A DNA stretch of 64,000 nucleotides from Opitutales bacterium. GTDB taxonomy: Bacteria; Verrucomicrobiota; Verrucomicrobiia; Opitutales; PNEW01. Position 1 is the stretch's first letter, and each line of letters opens with the position of its first letter. Below are positions 63,538 to 64,000 of this stretch, one piece after another. The position numbers and the translations under genes are program-made. The stretch lies in assembly GCA_965197745.1 (NCBI GenBank), contig CBDANS010000007.1:1824001-1888000 (forward strand). Reading direction: 5' to 3'. Below the pieces are notes generated by a model. The model was not told the DNA's origin. It worked only from the letters and a program-made list of their open reading frames with translations, and made no database searches.

Positions 63538-64000
63538 TTTCATTTATCTTCAGAAGGCTCTTCACCCTTATTCCCCTTCTCGTCGGGATTACTTTTCTCG
63601 TCTTCCTTCTCATGAGCTTGGCGCCGGGTGATTTTTTAACGCCGATAAAAGCGCAGCGCGATATTTCGGAAGAATATATACTGGAACTGGAAAAACAGTT
63701 TGGCCTCGATAAACCCTGGTATCTTCAATATTTCCTCTGGCTGAAAAACGTTGTCACCCTTGATTTCGGCTATTCGTGGACTTACAAGGTTCCCGTTACG
63801 GAACTGCTCGGGAATCGCATCCTCGCCACTTTTTTGCTTTCTTTTACCTCGATAGCTTTTGCCTGGATTATTGCCATTCCCCTTGGGGTTTTGGCGGCAA
63901 TCCATCAGAATTCCATATTTGATCGTGTAAGCGCGAGCCTCGCCTATGCAGCTCTCTCCATCCCCGAATTTTTTCTTGCTATCGTAGCCATCTATATCGC
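63534..64000 (+). CDS. Peptide ABC transporter permease (OppB/DppB), 3'-truncated
   Basis: MISFIFRRL...LAPGD...FGLDKPWYLQY...DFGYS...AIPLG...SIPEF; ATGA overlap with the SBP gene. Confidence 0.92.
   Translation, partial: MISFIFRRLFTLIPLLVGITFLVFLLMSLAPGDFLTPIKAQRDISEEYILELEKQFGLDKPWYLQYFLWLKNVVTLDFGYSWTYKVPVTELLGNRILATFLLSFTSIAFAWIIAIPLGVLAAIHQNSIFDRVSASLAYAALSIPEFFLAIVAIYI

Overview
A 64-kb bacterial chromosomal segment. Gene content and protein styles suggest Verrucomicrobiota (Opitutia-like); this is inferred, not checked by a search. Most of it is housekeeping: thiH/thiS, apaG, rplU-rpmA, rpsB-tsf, pheA, scpB, ilvD, pgi, rsmI, rluD, add, lpxK, topB, fbaA, metG-menF-menD-menB, korAB, comM and a peptide ABC transporter. 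Four accessory zones stand out. (1) A 1643-bp IS1595-family element (4223-5865; 25-bp TIRs, 8-bp TSD) carries an uncharacterised membrane passenger gene. (2) An 11.8-22 kb block holds four paralogous, domain-shuffled secreted proteins (collagen GXY rods and/or Cys-rich ASH-like Ig domains), next to a vitamin-K-dependent gamma-carboxylase-like HTTM gene and a TMTC-like GT-C/TPR gene. (3) An initiator-type tRNA-Met is preceded by a tandem unit of GIY-YIG nuclease, tRNA 5' half and hairpin that breaks exactly in the anticodon loop. (4) An IS3/IS407-type element (57176-58525, 4-bp TSD) disrupts a sigma-54 response regulator, and its transposase is knocked out by two sibling 32- and 43-bp mini-hairpin insertions at identical inferred TGAAT targets. 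Many accessory genes have single-base homopolymer frameshifts and menF has an exact 158-bp tandem duplication, so some disruptions may be sequencing or assembly artefacts.
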